Below are positions 14,588 through 28,086 of a stretch of DNA of 64,000 bases, piece after piece (the stretch's first letter is position 1; every line of letters starts with the position of its first letter). Position numbers and translations under genes: made by a program. Source of the stretch: Octopus sinensis (taxonomy: Eukaryota); the NCBI RefSeq assembly GCF_006345805.1, contig NC_043022.1:7564001-7628000 (forward strand), given 5' to 3'. A model generated the notes under the pieces. The model was not told the origin of the DNA. It did no database searches and saw nothing but the letters and a program-made list of their open reading frames with translations.

Positions 14588-14970
14588 AAGGCGGCGAGCT
14601 GGCAGAAACGTTAGCACGCCGGGCGAAATGCTTAGCGGTACTTCGTCTGCCGTTACGTTCTGAGTTCAAATTCCGCTGAGGTCGACTTTGCCTTTCATCC
14701 TTTCGGGGTCGATAAATTAAGTACCAGTTACGCACTGGGATCGATGTAATCGACTTAATCCGTTTGTCTGTCCTTGTTTGTCCTCTCTGTGTTTAGCCCC
14801 TTGTGGGTAATAAAGAAATAAATAGGTATTTCGTCTGCCGTTACGTTCTGAGTTCAAATTCCGCTGAGGTCGACTTTGCCTTTCATCCTTTCGGGGTCGA
14901 TAAATTAAGTACCAGTTACGCACTGGGGTCGATGTAATCGACTTAATCCGTTTGTCTGTCCTTGTTTGTG
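14588..14970 (+). mobile_element. SINE family B, one head plus 2 tandem bodies
   Basis: Head AAGGCGGCGAGCTGGCAGAAACGTTAGC; body with B-box GAGTTCAAATTCC and GCCTTTCATCCTTTCGGGGTCGATAAA (resembles Deu/Nin-type SINE central domain). Confidence 0.85.
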
Positions 14971-15361
14971 TGTCTGTGTGTGTGTTGGTATATATACACC
15001 TGCATATTGTGTTATACATATGTGTTATACATGTGGGACTCGACTCTTTCCTGAACATTAACCATCTAATTTTATCGGTTTGTAGTTAACGAACGTTTCA
15101 GTAGCTTTTTTGTGATATAATGGTGGCAAGCGTAAAAGGGGCCCCGGGTACGCACGCATTGTGAAATTCACCACACAGCGCGCCGCACACACACACACAC
15201 ACACACACACAGATCAAAAATTATTAGAAGTTACAAAGTCACTTAAGAGCCATGATTTTCATGCACGGCATTTATAAAACTTATCAAAGCTTTATAAATG
15301 CATAAAGTTGTTTGTGTGTGTCCATCTATCTCCACACACACACACACATATATATCTTCTA

Positions 15362-15789
15362 TCTCTATATAAACGGCAGTTTGTCTGTCTGTGTGTCTGT
15401 CAGGTTGTACCCTCACCCTGACCACGGCTTTCAACCGATTCTGATAAAACTTAACACACACATAGCCCAATGTCATAATTCAAAACTAACGCAGCGGAAA
15501 TTTTGAAAAGTTCCCCCAGTTCTGAAAAAAATCGATAAATTCGACATGGGGTCGAGAATCTAAGCTTTTTATATGCAACACATTTTCTGTCTAGGGGACA
15601 CAACTTGACCTTTTTATCGCCCAGAGGGACAGCTAGGAACATCGTATACACAGAAGTATTCGAGTGAAGAGAAGACATTGCAACCTACACATGCGCCTTC
15701 GTTCCCTAGAGGGAAAGGACTAGATTGGGATTAGTCGTTGCCTACTAGGGGCTCTTACATACCCGTGCAACGCCGGGCTATGCTGCTAG
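15362..15789 (+). mobile_element. Non-autonomous Helitron
   Basis: A|TC start, subterminal hairpin, CTAG|T end, no TSD. Confidence 0.85.
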
Positions 15790-15820
<31 letters not shown>

Positions 15821-16488
15821 TATATATATATATATGGAGATAGAAACATATGTCAAGAATAATCAGCCGAAATTGCGAGGATAATCTGGTGCTTGATTGA
15901 CGAAAGAAAACTTCGAATGTCCCATCCTTGTTTTCTTTGTATCGTCTATCTGGATGTTTTGTGGTCCCTTTTTGTATCACCTAGCTGTCCGGGATGTTTT
16001 GCGTTCTTGACCCATTTTGTATTTTATATATATATATCCATATATCCAAATAAGCAACAAGGATATCAAAGGTAGTGTAGTACAATCGTTTCATGCTACT
16101 TCATTTTATTAAACACTGTAAGTATTACATCAGTTTTAAAATGTCGAGCAATCTTCAACCACATATAGAATTTTCTAATTAAATGGACAATGTACATTTT
16201 TATACTTATTTATTTGCCAACATTACAAAGAGGGTAGATATATAGACAGAGAGGTTTAGATTCATCTGAATCTAAATTTTGATGAACTTATATATATATA
16301 TAAGAGAAAAAAATCTATCAGAAAGGAACTCTATCTCTCTTTAAAAAATATCTTTTGATAAGCATAACAAATGCGCAACCGGTAAAAAGAACTTTCACCT
16401 AATTAAATACACTCTCCCTTACTTAAATTATTTTGTCAGCATTTTCTTCATTTCCTTTATATATATATATATAGCGGCGTACGTACAC

Positions 16489-16524
<36 letters not shown>

Positions 16525-16949
16525 TTACACACTCATACATGTTGTTTATGGAATTTGAACAAAAATGATGCCACTGGCCACTCGAAGTGGCCAATGGCTT
16601 AGTCACAAATTATTCGTATATTTAATAGATATACTCAGCCATAAACACATATGTGGCTATTAATTAGATCAACGTAGCTCATAAGCTAGATAAAATTACT
16701 CAGCGCCAGATTTTATGAAAGCAAATCGATATCCGTCTGAGATTATTGTATTAGTTATTTCCCTTGTGTTTTGTTTTGCTATTTGCTGGGAAATAGTTTG
16801 ATGTTTTTATGTACTTAAGCACACATGCCGTGCAAGAATTGAAAATATCACCGTTAGGCAGTCTCCATCCGTCTGTGCAACCATCTTCTCCGCCTAACGG
16901 TTCATGAGAGGTTCGTTGGAGGTAGAGTTGTTAGGTACCACCTTCATAA

Positions 16950-17211
16950 TGTTTGGTAAAAAGCTTGCTTCCAGCAGCATGGTTCTGGGTTCAGTCCCAC
17001 TGCGAGGCGCCATGGGCAAGTGTGTTCTACTATCGCCTTGGGCTGACCAAAGCCTTGTGAATGGATTTAGTAGACGGAAACCGAAAGAATCTCCTCGTAT
17101 ATATCTATATTTATGTCTATCTAAGTGCTTATGTCAGTGCTTGTTCGCTGCTACCACTGCTTGATAGCCGGTGCTGGTGTGTTTACGGCCCCGTAAATTA
17201 GCGGTTCGGCA
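16950..17211 (+). mobile_element. SINE family A, 3'-truncated
   Basis: Head motifs. Confidence 0.7.
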
Positions 17212-17465
17212 AGGTTCTCTCAGGAGCAACCGATATTTGATTTTCCGATTGGAACCCCGACCGTGACCAAGTGAAACTATGGATATTTGCTAACCATGTC
17301 ATTCTTGGCCTATTCTTCGGTGTCCTACCAGTTGGCTTGGCTCGAAGAACCTATATTGCAGTTCCTTCTCGCCACATTCCAATCGTATGTCTGTTGCACC
17401 TGTGATTTCCCTGATCTCTGAGCTATGCACCTTGTCGAGTAATATTACACCAGAGATCCTTTTTT

Positions 17466-17720
17466 GGAGGCGCGTGGCTTAGTGGTTAGGGTGTTAGACT
17501 CGTGATCGTAAAATTGTGGTTTCGATTCCTGGACCAGGCGACGCGCTATGTTCTTAAGCAATACACTTCATTTTCACAATGCTGCAGTTTACTCAAATGG
17601 CAAAAATGAGTAATCTGGCAATGGATCAGCGTCCTGTCCAGGTGGGGAAATTTTATAAGGGCCATGGAAACCAGCCCTTATGAGCCTGGCATAGCTCGTG
17701 AAGGAACCATTTTACCTAGA
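17466..17720 (+). mobile_element. tRNA-derived SINE related to the family C head
   Basis: GGAGGCGCGTGGCTTAGTGGTTAGGG (A box) ... GGTTTCGATTCC (B box). Confidence 0.65.
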
Positions 17721-17974
17721 GATCCCTCGGAAGAAATTCATTAATCAGTTGCACAATTGGTGTGTCAGTTGAGAATATGCATTGGAGTGCACATATGCAC
17801 ACACACACACGATGGTAATAAGTTCTAGAGAACAGTAATTTGGGGAAAGAAACTATAAGAATAAAAGCAATTGTGATTAACAGAAAGCTCAACAGAGGAA
17901 CGATGCACCTGGGAAGAGAAGCAGGTGATAGAAAGTACTAGACTAGATAATTTCTCAGACATGGCCATGAAGAC

Positions 17975-18735
17975 ACATATTTTTTTAACGAATCTCAAAC
18001 AAGGTTTGAGGCCACAAGCGTATAGGAACTACAGAGAAGAAAAAATAAAAAGCTGACAAATTTATATTTATGTCGATTTATGGTAAGCGTAGATCACTGA
18101 ATATCGTAGACCAGAGGAAAATAAGACGATTGTAGTGAGTTCTAGAGAGCAGCAGTTCGAGCTATTGGAATTAAATAAATTTTAACAATTCTTCGATATG
18201 GTTTCAATTTCTTTTTTTTTAATTTCAATGTTCCTTGTCTTTCATCAAAGAATATCTTGTTGTATAGCAATTTGACAAGAATGATGGCATATAAGACAAG
18301 CAGAGAAGGGGAGTGGTATTGTAAAAAAAAAAAAAGGAACGTTATTAATTATTAGAATATATAGTTAGTAGGGCTATTAATGACATTCCAGGTTGTATGA
18401 AGGCAGTTTTTGAGGCAATCAAAAGCATCGAGTAAAACCACTCCAATGCTTTGCCTGAGAAGAGAAGCGGAGTGTGTATGTGGCGGGGGGACGTTTGAAG
18501 GTTTTGACAGAGGGTACTAGACTAGAAAATTCATCAGAATAATGATGGAAATATTTTTTAACGATTTTGTTCCGAACAAGGTTCGAGGCCACTGTAGCGT
18601 AAGGGTTTACTGATAGGGAGGGGAAAAAAGGGCTTACCAATTTAAAAGATAACGACTAACAGAAAGCTCAAAGGACTGAATCTCATAGACAAATGGAAAA
18701 TAATACGATGATATGAGTTCCAGGGAGCAGCAGTA
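17975..18735 (-). mobile_element. Old CR1/L2-type LINE 3' ends, at least two diverged tandem copies
   Basis: Minus strand reads, with frameshift, TAAPWNS..IFPFVYEIQSFELSVSRYL, resembling the W-N-S-L-P..F-P..Y..Q-S-F-K C-terminus; 17975-18160 and 18551-18735 align by eye. Confidence 0.5.
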
Positions 18736-19069
18736 ATATGTGTGTAGTATCTACACTACAATAGACCATTGAACCGCTTGTATCAATGAGAATATCCAAG
18801 TATTTACATGGATAAAAACGTGCTACACCACATAAATGAGCAATCACATGTCATTATTGGTGCGTATATGCAAATTCACCAAACCCATGTAGCAAGTAAA
18901 AGGATGCATTCAATTTGTATCATGCATAGAAATCAAAAAGTTGCACATTATATTAGGTGCAAAATATTAATATATGAATTATAAATGCACAACATAAAAT
19001 ATTTGTAAAACCCAAATGGTTGGCGGAGGGTGAAACAATGCGGTTTTTATTCATGCTTTTCATAAAGTT

Positions 19070-19310
19070 TCACCTCGCTAGTGCATTGTTGTAGTGCGGA
19101 GAAGCTCTACGGTGTGTTGTTTTATTCGAGAAAAAGCAAGAGATGCGCTTACTAATGTCATTTGTGATCTGTTTCATAATTGGTGACGGGTGGTTCGAAC
19201 CTCTATTAATGAAGTTGGTTTCTTCGTTTCGTTTGCGAAAGGTGCGGCATTTATCTGTGTTAAAGTTCATGTTAATATTTAAATAATTGGTTTTGTGGTT
19301 GCTTCTATCT
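19070..19310 (-). pseudogene. Penelope-like element reverse transcriptase fragment (region after the catalytic core / thumb)
   Basis: NYLNINMNFNTDKCRTFRKRNEETNFINRGSNHPSPIMKQITNDISKRISCFFSN...ASPHYNNALAR fits the PLE pattern FLD...YRKPN...YIN..SNHP..I...I..RIS..SSN....Y..AL. Confidence 0.75.
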
Positions 19311-19369
19311 TTCCTAAACCTATATAGATCAAACAGATGAAGCATATATGTGTGTGTGTGTGTAATATG

Positions 19370-19672
19370 TGGTTGTGCAGCAAGTGTTCCTCCTAGCCAC
19401 ATGGTTCCGAGTTCACTCCCACTACGTGGCACCTTGGGCAGGTGTCACCTTCTATAGCCTCGAGCTGACCAATATTTTGAGAGTGGATTTGGCAGACAGA
19501 TACTGAAAGAAACACGCCGTATATGTGTGTGCGTACCTCTGTGTTTATGTTGTCTCCGACTATCGCTTCACAACCTATGTTGGTTTGTTTACAGCCCCAT
19601 AACTTACCGGTTCGATAGAAGAGACATACAATAAGTACTGGGCTTTCAAAAATATGTACTGGGGTCGATTCG
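19370..19672 (+). mobile_element. SINE family A, diverged
   Basis: Head and tail motifs. Confidence 0.7.
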
Positions 19673-19929
19673 TGTGTGTGTATATATATATAACGAATAT
19701 ATGTATTAGGTATTGTTTATAATGTGTATATATGTTTAGATGTGCTATGCATATGATATATAGACAGATATAATGTGTCTGTATACACATACATATACAT
19801 ACATATATACATACATGTATATCAGCATATATGCATGCACACATACACACGCACATATATAAACACCCATCTCGGGAAGAAAGAAAGAAAGAACGGCAGA
19901 AAGAAAGAAAGGCATGAAGAAAAAAGAAA

Positions 19930-20016
19930 GACAGATAGATAGATAGATGGATGGATGGACAGACAGACAGATAGATGGATAGACAGACAAATATATGGAT
20001 GGATGGATGGATAGAT

Positions 20017-20058
<42 letters not shown>

Positions 20059-20108
20059 CGGATGGATAGATGGATAGATAGATGGATAGATAGATGGATA
20101 GACAGATT

Positions 20109-20142
<34 letters not shown>

Positions 20143-20143
20143 C

Positions 20144-20195
<52 letters not shown>

Positions 20196-20225
20196 GGTTA
20201 GATAGATAGATAGATAGATAGATAG
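19930..20225. repeat. (GATA)n/(GATG)n microsatellite
   Basis: Direct reading. Confidence 0.95.
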
Positions 20226-20504
20226 AATCCAGTCCTGACCTACCCCTACCACCACACAGTCATCTTTCTTAGTATTATAGTATTCACGATTTTCACTTAC
20301 CGAAACTAATCAAACATTTTTAAATATAATACATAGAGTAGGCCCTGATTGTACTTAAAAGATGCTTATGTGTTTTTATGTTCCTATGTAACGAATCTAT
20401 TAGTCCAGCACCATGGTTTCATGTAGTTTTCTCCCACGTCGTTTTATCTGGATAATCTTTTTTTTCTCGTTGAGCACGAACGAAGCGGACTCTTATCTTC
20501 CACG

Positions 20505-20567
20505 TTATTCTTACTGACGATCGTTGATAGATAAATAGATATTTTGACGTGAAACTGGTATTGATTT
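20505..20567 (+). ncRNA. Degenerate hammerhead-like motif
   Basis: CTGACGA (20514) - stem II CGTTGA...TTGACG - GAAAC TG GTA; stem I pairs poorly. Confidence 0.35.
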
Positions 20568-20835
20568 AACAGACATGACTAATTGGCTGTACATGTAAGC
20601 GTGTAACGAACCCTACTGTTCTCGTGCCCTCTCGTATATGCGCGTTTTACGTGGTTTTATAATGTTCTGCACGAAAAGGAAGTTCTTCTTCAACGCTATA
20701 TGTAACATTGATCGTATAAAAATAACATTAAACACACATACATATGCAGACACATGCGCACGGGTCGATGGAAGGGCGTCTGTATAGTCATGTATTCTGC
20801 TAGAACTAACAGCCAAATCGTCCTTAAATAGCATC

Positions 20836-21725
20836 TTATTTCTTTACTACCCACAAGGGGTTAAATACAGAGAGGACAAACAAGGACAGACAAACGGATT
20901 AAGTCGGTAATTGGTACTTAATTTATCGACCTCGAAAGGATGAAAGGCAAAGTCGACCTCGGCGGAATTTGAACTCAGAACGTAACGGCAGACGAAATAC
21001 CTATTTCTTTACTACCCACAAGGGGCTAAACACAGAGAGGACAAACAAGGGCAGACAAACGGATTAAGTCGATAATATCGATCCCAGTGCGTACGCCGAA
21101 AGGATGAAAGGCAAAGTCGACCTCGGCGGAATTTGAACTCAGAACATAACGGCAGACGAAATACCTATTTCTTTACTACCCACAAGGGGCTAAACACAGA
21201 GAGGACAAACAAGGGCAGACAAACGGATTAAGTCGATAATATCGATCCCAGTGCGTACCCCGAAAGGATGAAAGGCAGAGTCTACTTCGGCGGAATTTGA
21301 ACTCAGAACGTAACGGCAGACGAAATACCTATTTCTTTACTACCCACAAGGGGCTAAACACAGAGAGGACAAACAAGGGCAGACAAACGGATTAAGTCGA
21401 TAATATCGATCCCAGTGCGTACCCCGAAAGGATGAAAGGCAGAGTCTACTTCGGCGGAATTTGAACTCAGAACGTAACGGCAGACGAAATACCTATTTCT
21501 TTACTACGCACAAGGGGCTAAACACAGAAGGGACAAACAAGGACAGACGAACGAATTAAGTCGATGTATCAACCCCAGTGCATAACTGGTACTTATTTAA
21601 TCGACCCCGAAAGGATGAAAGGCAAAGTCGACCACGGCGGAATTTGAACTCAGAACGAAACGGCAGACGAAATACCACTAAGCATTTCGCCCGACGTGCT
21701 AACGTTTCTGCCAGCTCGCCGCCTT
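20836..21725 (-). mobile_element. SINE family B, one head plus 5 tandem bodies, with TSD
   Basis: Five ~165-190 bp units; TAAATAGCATC on both flanks. Confidence 0.9.
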
Positions 21726-21978
21726 ATCTAAATAGCATCCTACCGTTTTAAAAAACTAGAAAGGGTACATGGTTTTCAGCTGCGTGGTTAAGAGGTTAGC
21801 TTTGTATCCACATGGTTTCGGGTTCAGTTCCGCTTCACGGCGCCTTGGGTAAGTCTCTTCTATAACCTTGGACTAAAGCATTGTAAGTTTCATAGATGGA
21901 CACTGTGTAAAAACTCATCGTATGTGTGTATTTCTATATATATTACACACACATAAATGTATGTATATAAATATACAC

Positions 21979-22009
<31 letters not shown>

Positions 22010-22226
22010 GTATGTATTTAGATAGATAGATATGCTTCTTTATTAGCCACACAGGGCTGCACACAGACGAGACAGATTACAAAGTTGAGCTTTTCTTTTT
22101 GTGGGAGAGAAAAAAAAGTGGGGTAGGTTTTCGATCAAAAGGGATCGTAAAAGGGAAAGAAGAAGAAAAAAACAAAGAAACGATCAATAGGACAGTGTCA
22201 TGATGTAAAGTGTAAAGGGAAGATGG

Positions 22227-22257
<31 letters not shown>

Positions 22258-22579
22258 GATAGATAGATAGATAAAGATCCCCTTCGGTCATGAATGATCA
22301 TGGGATTACACCAAGAGAGTTTCCCTCCGAAGCACAAGTCTGGTCAAGGTTGTTTATGGAAAACCAGCAGTCGCCCATGCATATCAGCCTCCCGGCTCCA
22401 TGCCACGGTGACAGAGACCTGTGTAGGATGTAAAGTAAAGTTGGCTTCGATGAGGTTTGAACCCGGAACATAAAAAAGACGAAAAACGGATTCCGACGCT
22501 CTAGCTTTTCTGCCAAGCCACCAGCCTAGAATTAAGCAACTTGAACAAACAAAAACAACTACTCTGATAATAGAGTACC

Positions 22580-22812
22580 TATTTCTTTATTACCCACAAG
22601 GGGCTAAACATAGAGGGGACAAACATGGACAGACATAGGTATTAAGTCGATTACATCGACCCCAGTGCATAACTGGTACTTAATTTATCGACCCCGAAAG
22701 GATGAAAGGCAAAGTGGACCTCGGCGGAATTTGAACTCACAACGTCACGGCAGCCGAAATACCGCAAAGCATTTCGCCCGACGTGCTAACGATTCTGCCA
22801 GCTCGCCGCCTT
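22580..22812 (-). mobile_element. SINE family B monomer with TSD
   Basis: TAATAGAGTACC on both flanks. Confidence 0.9.
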
Positions 22813-23111
22813 TAATAGAGTACCTGATAATAGAGTACCGTCCAAGGTACTTCAACATGTATGGCTGCAGACGGTCTCCACCACCACCATCACCCCCCCT
22901 CCGCATGCACACACCACTTCAGTCCGCTCTGTAACCCTCATCTAGTACTCATCTATATATATATGATATGTTCACCGTCATTAACCTCATGGAACACCTG
23001 GACACTTGAGGCGTCGGCGGCATGTGGCACGTGCCCCTTCTTATCATTATCACTGGCATCGTCGTCGTCATCATCATCATCATCATCTCCTCTCTCCCTC
23101 CCCAGCCCTCC

Positions 23112-23277
<166 letters not shown>

Positions 23278-23280
23278 TAT

Positions 23281-23319
<39 letters not shown>

Positions 23320-23337
23320 TATACATACATATATATA

Positions 23338-23377
<40 letters not shown>

Positions 23378-23496
23378 TATATGTACACACACACACGTGT
23401 GTATATCGTTAATGCCATATTTATCTTTTATTGTCGTGGCCCTGATAACAACTCTCTCTCTCTCGTACACACACACACACTCACACACACACACAC

Positions 23497-23530
<34 letters not shown>

Positions 23531-23610
23531 ACACACGCACACACTCACACACACACACTCGCACGTTGGCTTCTTTCTGTCTCTCTTTTCTTTGCTCTTG
23601 TCACGGTCTT

Positions 23611-23644
<34 letters not shown>

Positions 23645-23743
23645 ATAATTTAATATAAAGCGATCAAACGCTAACCGAAAGAACATGCAGTATGTATGTA
23701 TGTATGTATGTATGCATTGTATGTATGTATGTATGTATGTATG

Positions 23744-23774
<31 letters not shown>

Positions 23775-24096
23775 CGAGGCTGACTGACAGGCAGACATAT
23801 TCAGGTATGTCAAATGCCATACAACATAAATTCGTGATTTATTAAAATAATCTGCATCTCTAGGGGGTGGGGGATTTATCATAATCACCAATTAACAATT
23901 AAGACTAGCTCCACTTGAGAAAATGGGACGATCTCAAAATTCATGGAGTCTTCAAAACTGACATGCCACTAAGGAAAAGAACAGATTTGCTGTCTGAAGA
24001 TACGAAGTGGACAGTCGTGGGTACCTGTTTCTGCCTCAATAGCTATCATCAGCACTACGTTTTTACGACCTTATCCCCAGTAACCAAAGGTCTAAG

Positions 24097-24600
24097 ATCT
24101 ATATATATATAAACGGTAAAATGTCTGTCTGTGTGTGTATCCTTTATACAAATCCACAATTTTTCAGTTAGAGGGCTCGCAGAACTTACTAAGAGGTTCT
24201 TCCGTTTAATGTTGAACGATTATAACTTTACATAAAACAAACATTAATACAAACACACACACACACACAGACAGACATACACAAACATACATGGACACAG
24301 TGCCGGATTAAGGCCCATAGAGGCCCTAAGCACTTAAAAGGTTTTGGTGCCCTCAGATATACACGTAAATGGTTCAAAATGTAAACAATAATCTCTCTAT
24401 ATATAAACGGCAAAATGTCTGCCTGTGTGTGTGTCCTTTATACAAATCCACAATTTTTCAGTTAGAGGGCTCGCACTTTCTATGGTCATTCAAAACCGTC
24501 CTAGGGTGGTCGTGCACATCTCTACATTTCGCCAGTCACCCCGCAAAGCCATTAAAAAATCAATAGAAGTGACTTTTCTGTAGTCGGGTATCCTACCCAT
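24097..24600 (+). mobile_element. Two Helitron-like 5' fragments (24097-24181 and from 24392)
   Basis: TCTATATATAAACGG.AAAATGTCTG start resembling the other Helitrons; no 3' CTAG end found. Confidence 0.5.
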
Positions 24601-24756
24601 CTTTCCATCCGCTTACTTTTGTCATTGTTGGTCTTACCCCTTACCGTTTTCCTTGCTGCTCTTTTGCCCCCGATTGGGACAATTGCCCTCTTTATCCCCT
24701 CATACGCTGGGCGGATGTTGCCTATGTCCATCAAATGCCGTATTTAAGTAAATCTA

Positions 24757-25279
24757 CAGGGTGTCCACAAAGTCTGGGTACATGGTGATTAACGCATACT
24801 TTAAGAAATTATTATTTCTTATATGGAAGGTGTTTGTAAGCCATTTAAGAAACACACAAAATTAAACTTAAATGTAGGCGCGGGCATGGCTGTATGGTTA
24901 GGGAGCTTGCTTCCTAGCTACATGGTTTCGGGTTCAGTCCCACTGTGTGGCACTTTGGGTAGGTGTCTTCCACTATAGCCCCGAGCCGACCGGAGCTTTG
25001 TGATTGAATTCGGTAGGTGGTAGTTACTGCCGTGTGTGTATATGTGCGTGTAGCTGCTCAGTGCCTCTCCGAAAGAGAGAGGGTTGAAGTGGATCGAACG
25101 ACTTTTGTGTGTTTCTTAAATGGCTTACTAACACCTTCCACGCTGCAATTGTTTTCGTTCCAGCACACGATCTCAGATCAAGTCACTTGCTATGCAAGTA
25201 CATCTCCGTATTTCTTATATATAATTCTTTATGTTATGATTTTATTTACTCCATGTATCCAGACTTTGTGGACACCCTG
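24757..25279. mobile_element. Tc1/mariner-type non-autonomous element with nested SINE A head (24876-25015)
   Basis: TA|CAGGGTGTCCACAAAGTCTGGGTACATGG ... CCATGTATCCAGACTTTGTGGACACCCTG|TA; subterminal IR GGAAGGTGTT.GTAAGCCATTTAAGAAACACACAAAA. Confidence 0.85.
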
Positions 25280-25365
25280 TACATCATCTAATGTGTCCTT
25301 CGTGTGTGTGTGTATATATATATATATACATATACACACACACACATATATACACACACATATAT

Positions 25366-25397
<32 letters not shown>

Positions 25398-25718
25398 TAT
25401 ATATACACACACACACATATATATATATACATATACACACACACACATATATATATATATACACACACACATATATATATATACACACACACACATATAT
25501 ATATATACACACACACATATATATATATATACATATACACACACACATATATATATACACACACATATATATATATATATATACATATATACACACACAC
25601 ACATATATATATATATACACACACACATATATATACACATAGTAGGCGTTTGATTTCGGGAAGGTAGTTTGGCTATTTTCCCGCGTAGATCGATCGACCG
25701 GCATCGTAAAGACCTCAC

Positions 25719-25740
25719 CCGCGCAACCTTTCCATTTCAT
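25719..25740 (-). CDS. Possible coding end of a first exon (MKWKGCA.. or MERLR..) followed by a splice donor
   Basis: Minus strand ATGAAATGGAAAGGTTGCGCGG|GTGAGG within a non-repetitive, CpG-richer stretch 25640-26280; no homology support. Confidence 0.25.
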
Positions 25741-26064
25741 ATTAGCGTTAGTCCTGTTACATGTAAGCAGTTAGATAATGGCCGAAAACGGAAAGCTGAT
25801 TGATTGATTTCTGAAGTAGGAAGCCACACACACACACAATGCAACACGGCCACATGCATGTAGACGTCTGTATTTGATGTGTTGACACAACAAACACACG
25901 GCTAATGGTTCGTTAATTAAATTCTCTCTCCTCAACGCCGACGAATGACGATGCTTCGGCCTTAAGTAAATGGTCTTTGCTGTTTACAGAACCTTAACTG
26001 AATCGCCTTCGACTTTGTTCTTTCTGCCGTCGAACAACACTTCGATGATCTGGCTGAGGTGGGG

Positions 26065-26182
26065 CTAGGACGGGCTGGGCTGGGCCGGGACGGGCTGGGT
26101 TGGGCCGGGACGGGCTAGGACGGGCTGGGTTGGGCCGGGACGGGCTAGGACGGGCTGGGTTGGGCCGGGACGGGCTGGGCTG
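26065..26182. repeat. GC-rich 30-bp-type minisatellite of GGG runs
   Basis: CTAGGACGGGCTGGGTTGGGCCGGGACGGG-type units, 3-4 copies. Confidence 0.9.
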
Positions 26183-26309
26183 CGACAGGCTGGATGGCCT
26201 GATCGGCCTCGATCAACACATGGATACATATGTGAATGTGTTTGCGTGTAGATACGCAGCGTCAGATCTATACATAGACACACAGCATCTGATACTCACA
26301 TACACACAC

Positions 26310-26341
<32 letters not shown>

Positions 26342-26791
26342 GTGTGTGTGTGTTTATATGTGTGTGTATATGTGTATGTGTGTGTGTATATATATATGTG
26401 TGTGTGTATATATATATGTGTGTGTGTATATATATATGTGTGTGTGTGTATATATATATGTGTGTGTGTGTATATATATATATTGGTGTGTGTATATGTA
26501 TATATATATATGTGGTGTGTGTGTATAATATGTTGTGTATATATATATATATATTATATATATATATATATATATACACACACTCATACACATATATACA
26601 CACATACACACACACACACATGCACACAGACACACACACATAGACAGAGAATCAGGGAGGCTGGCAGCGTCTATAAAACCCTTAGCAACGCTAATCCTTG
26701 TCAGATTTCTAATACAAATATTTAACCTGCACACTATGCATTAAGTGCTTGATTAACCTTTCGTTTTTGTGCACCTGTTTCAATATACACA

Positions 26792-26829
<38 letters not shown>

Positions 26830-26830
26830 C

Positions 26831-27022
26831 ACTCTTTTACTTGTTTCAGTCATTTGCTGGAGCACCGCATTTAGTCGAGCAAATTGACCCCAGGACTTAT
26901 TCTTCGTGAGCCTAGTACTTACTCTATCGGTCTTCTTTTTGCCGAAACGCTAAGTTACGGGGACGTAAACACACCAGCATCGGTTGTCGAGCGATGTTGG
27001 AGGGGACAAATAAAGACACACA

Positions 27023-27058
<36 letters not shown>

Positions 27059-27637
27059 GCTTCTTTCAGTTTCTGTCTACCAAATCCACTCACTTTGGTC
27101 GGCCCGAGGCTATAGTAAAAGACACGCAGGTGGACTGAACTCGGAACCATGTGGTTGGTAAGCAACCTACTTACCACACAGCCACTCCTACGCCTATATA
27201 CACAGACACACACACACACACATATATATATATACTCTTTACTCTCTCTTTTACTTGTTTCAGTCATTTGACTGCGGCCATGCTGAAGCACCACCTTTAA
27301 TCGAGCAAATCGACCCCAGGACTTATTCTTTTGTAAGCCCAGTACTTATTTTATCGGTCTCTTTTGCCGAACCGCTAAGTAACGGGGACATAAACACACC
27401 AGCATCGGTTGTCAAGCAATGCTAGAGGGACAAACACAGACACACAAACATACACATTCATATATATATACATATATACGACAGGGTTCTTTCAGTTTCC
27501 GTCTACCAAATCCACTCACAAGGCATTGGTCGGCCCGGGGCTATAGCAGAAGACACTTGCCCAAGATGCCACGCAGTGGGACTGAACCCGGAACCATGTG
27601 GTTGGTTAGCAAGCTACTTACCACACAGCCACTCCTA
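26831..27637 (-). mobile_element. Two tandem SINE family A copies (26831-27195, 27245-27637)
   Basis: Head and tail motifs on minus strand. Confidence 0.85.
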
Positions 27638-27996
27638 TAAATCACGGTATCGATCAGACTATCAGCTGTTGTTCTACACTGCGATTCGCGTGTTTTACCT
27701 TTCGAATGATGCCACCCCGCTGGCTAGGATGGGCAGTCCGCCGCAGGGTGTATTATTTGTAGCTGCTGCGGGGAATGGACCAACGGGGAACGAAGTGTTT
27801 TGTTGAGGAATATGACACAAAGCCGGTCTGAGAAACGAAACCACGATCTTTCGCTCGTGAGTGCAACACACAAACCACTAGGTCACGCACATAAATAATA
27901 TATGTATATACGACGTGTGTGTATGTGTATGTATAATATGCATATAGAGAGAGACAGACAGACAGAGATACGCTTATATTTATGAATGAGTGTAAC

Positions 27997-28086
27997 GTTT
28001 GAGTTGACTGGGACTTCGAATTTTTGTATTAGATTCCTGTTCAACAATACACTAAAGAGAAATTCGAAGTCCCAATCAACTCAAAC
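27997..28086. repeat. 90-nt hairpin, 27-bp arms with one mismatch
   Basis: GTTTGAGTTGACTGGGACTTCGAATTT ... AAATTCGAAGTCCCAATCAACTCAAAC. Confidence 0.9.
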
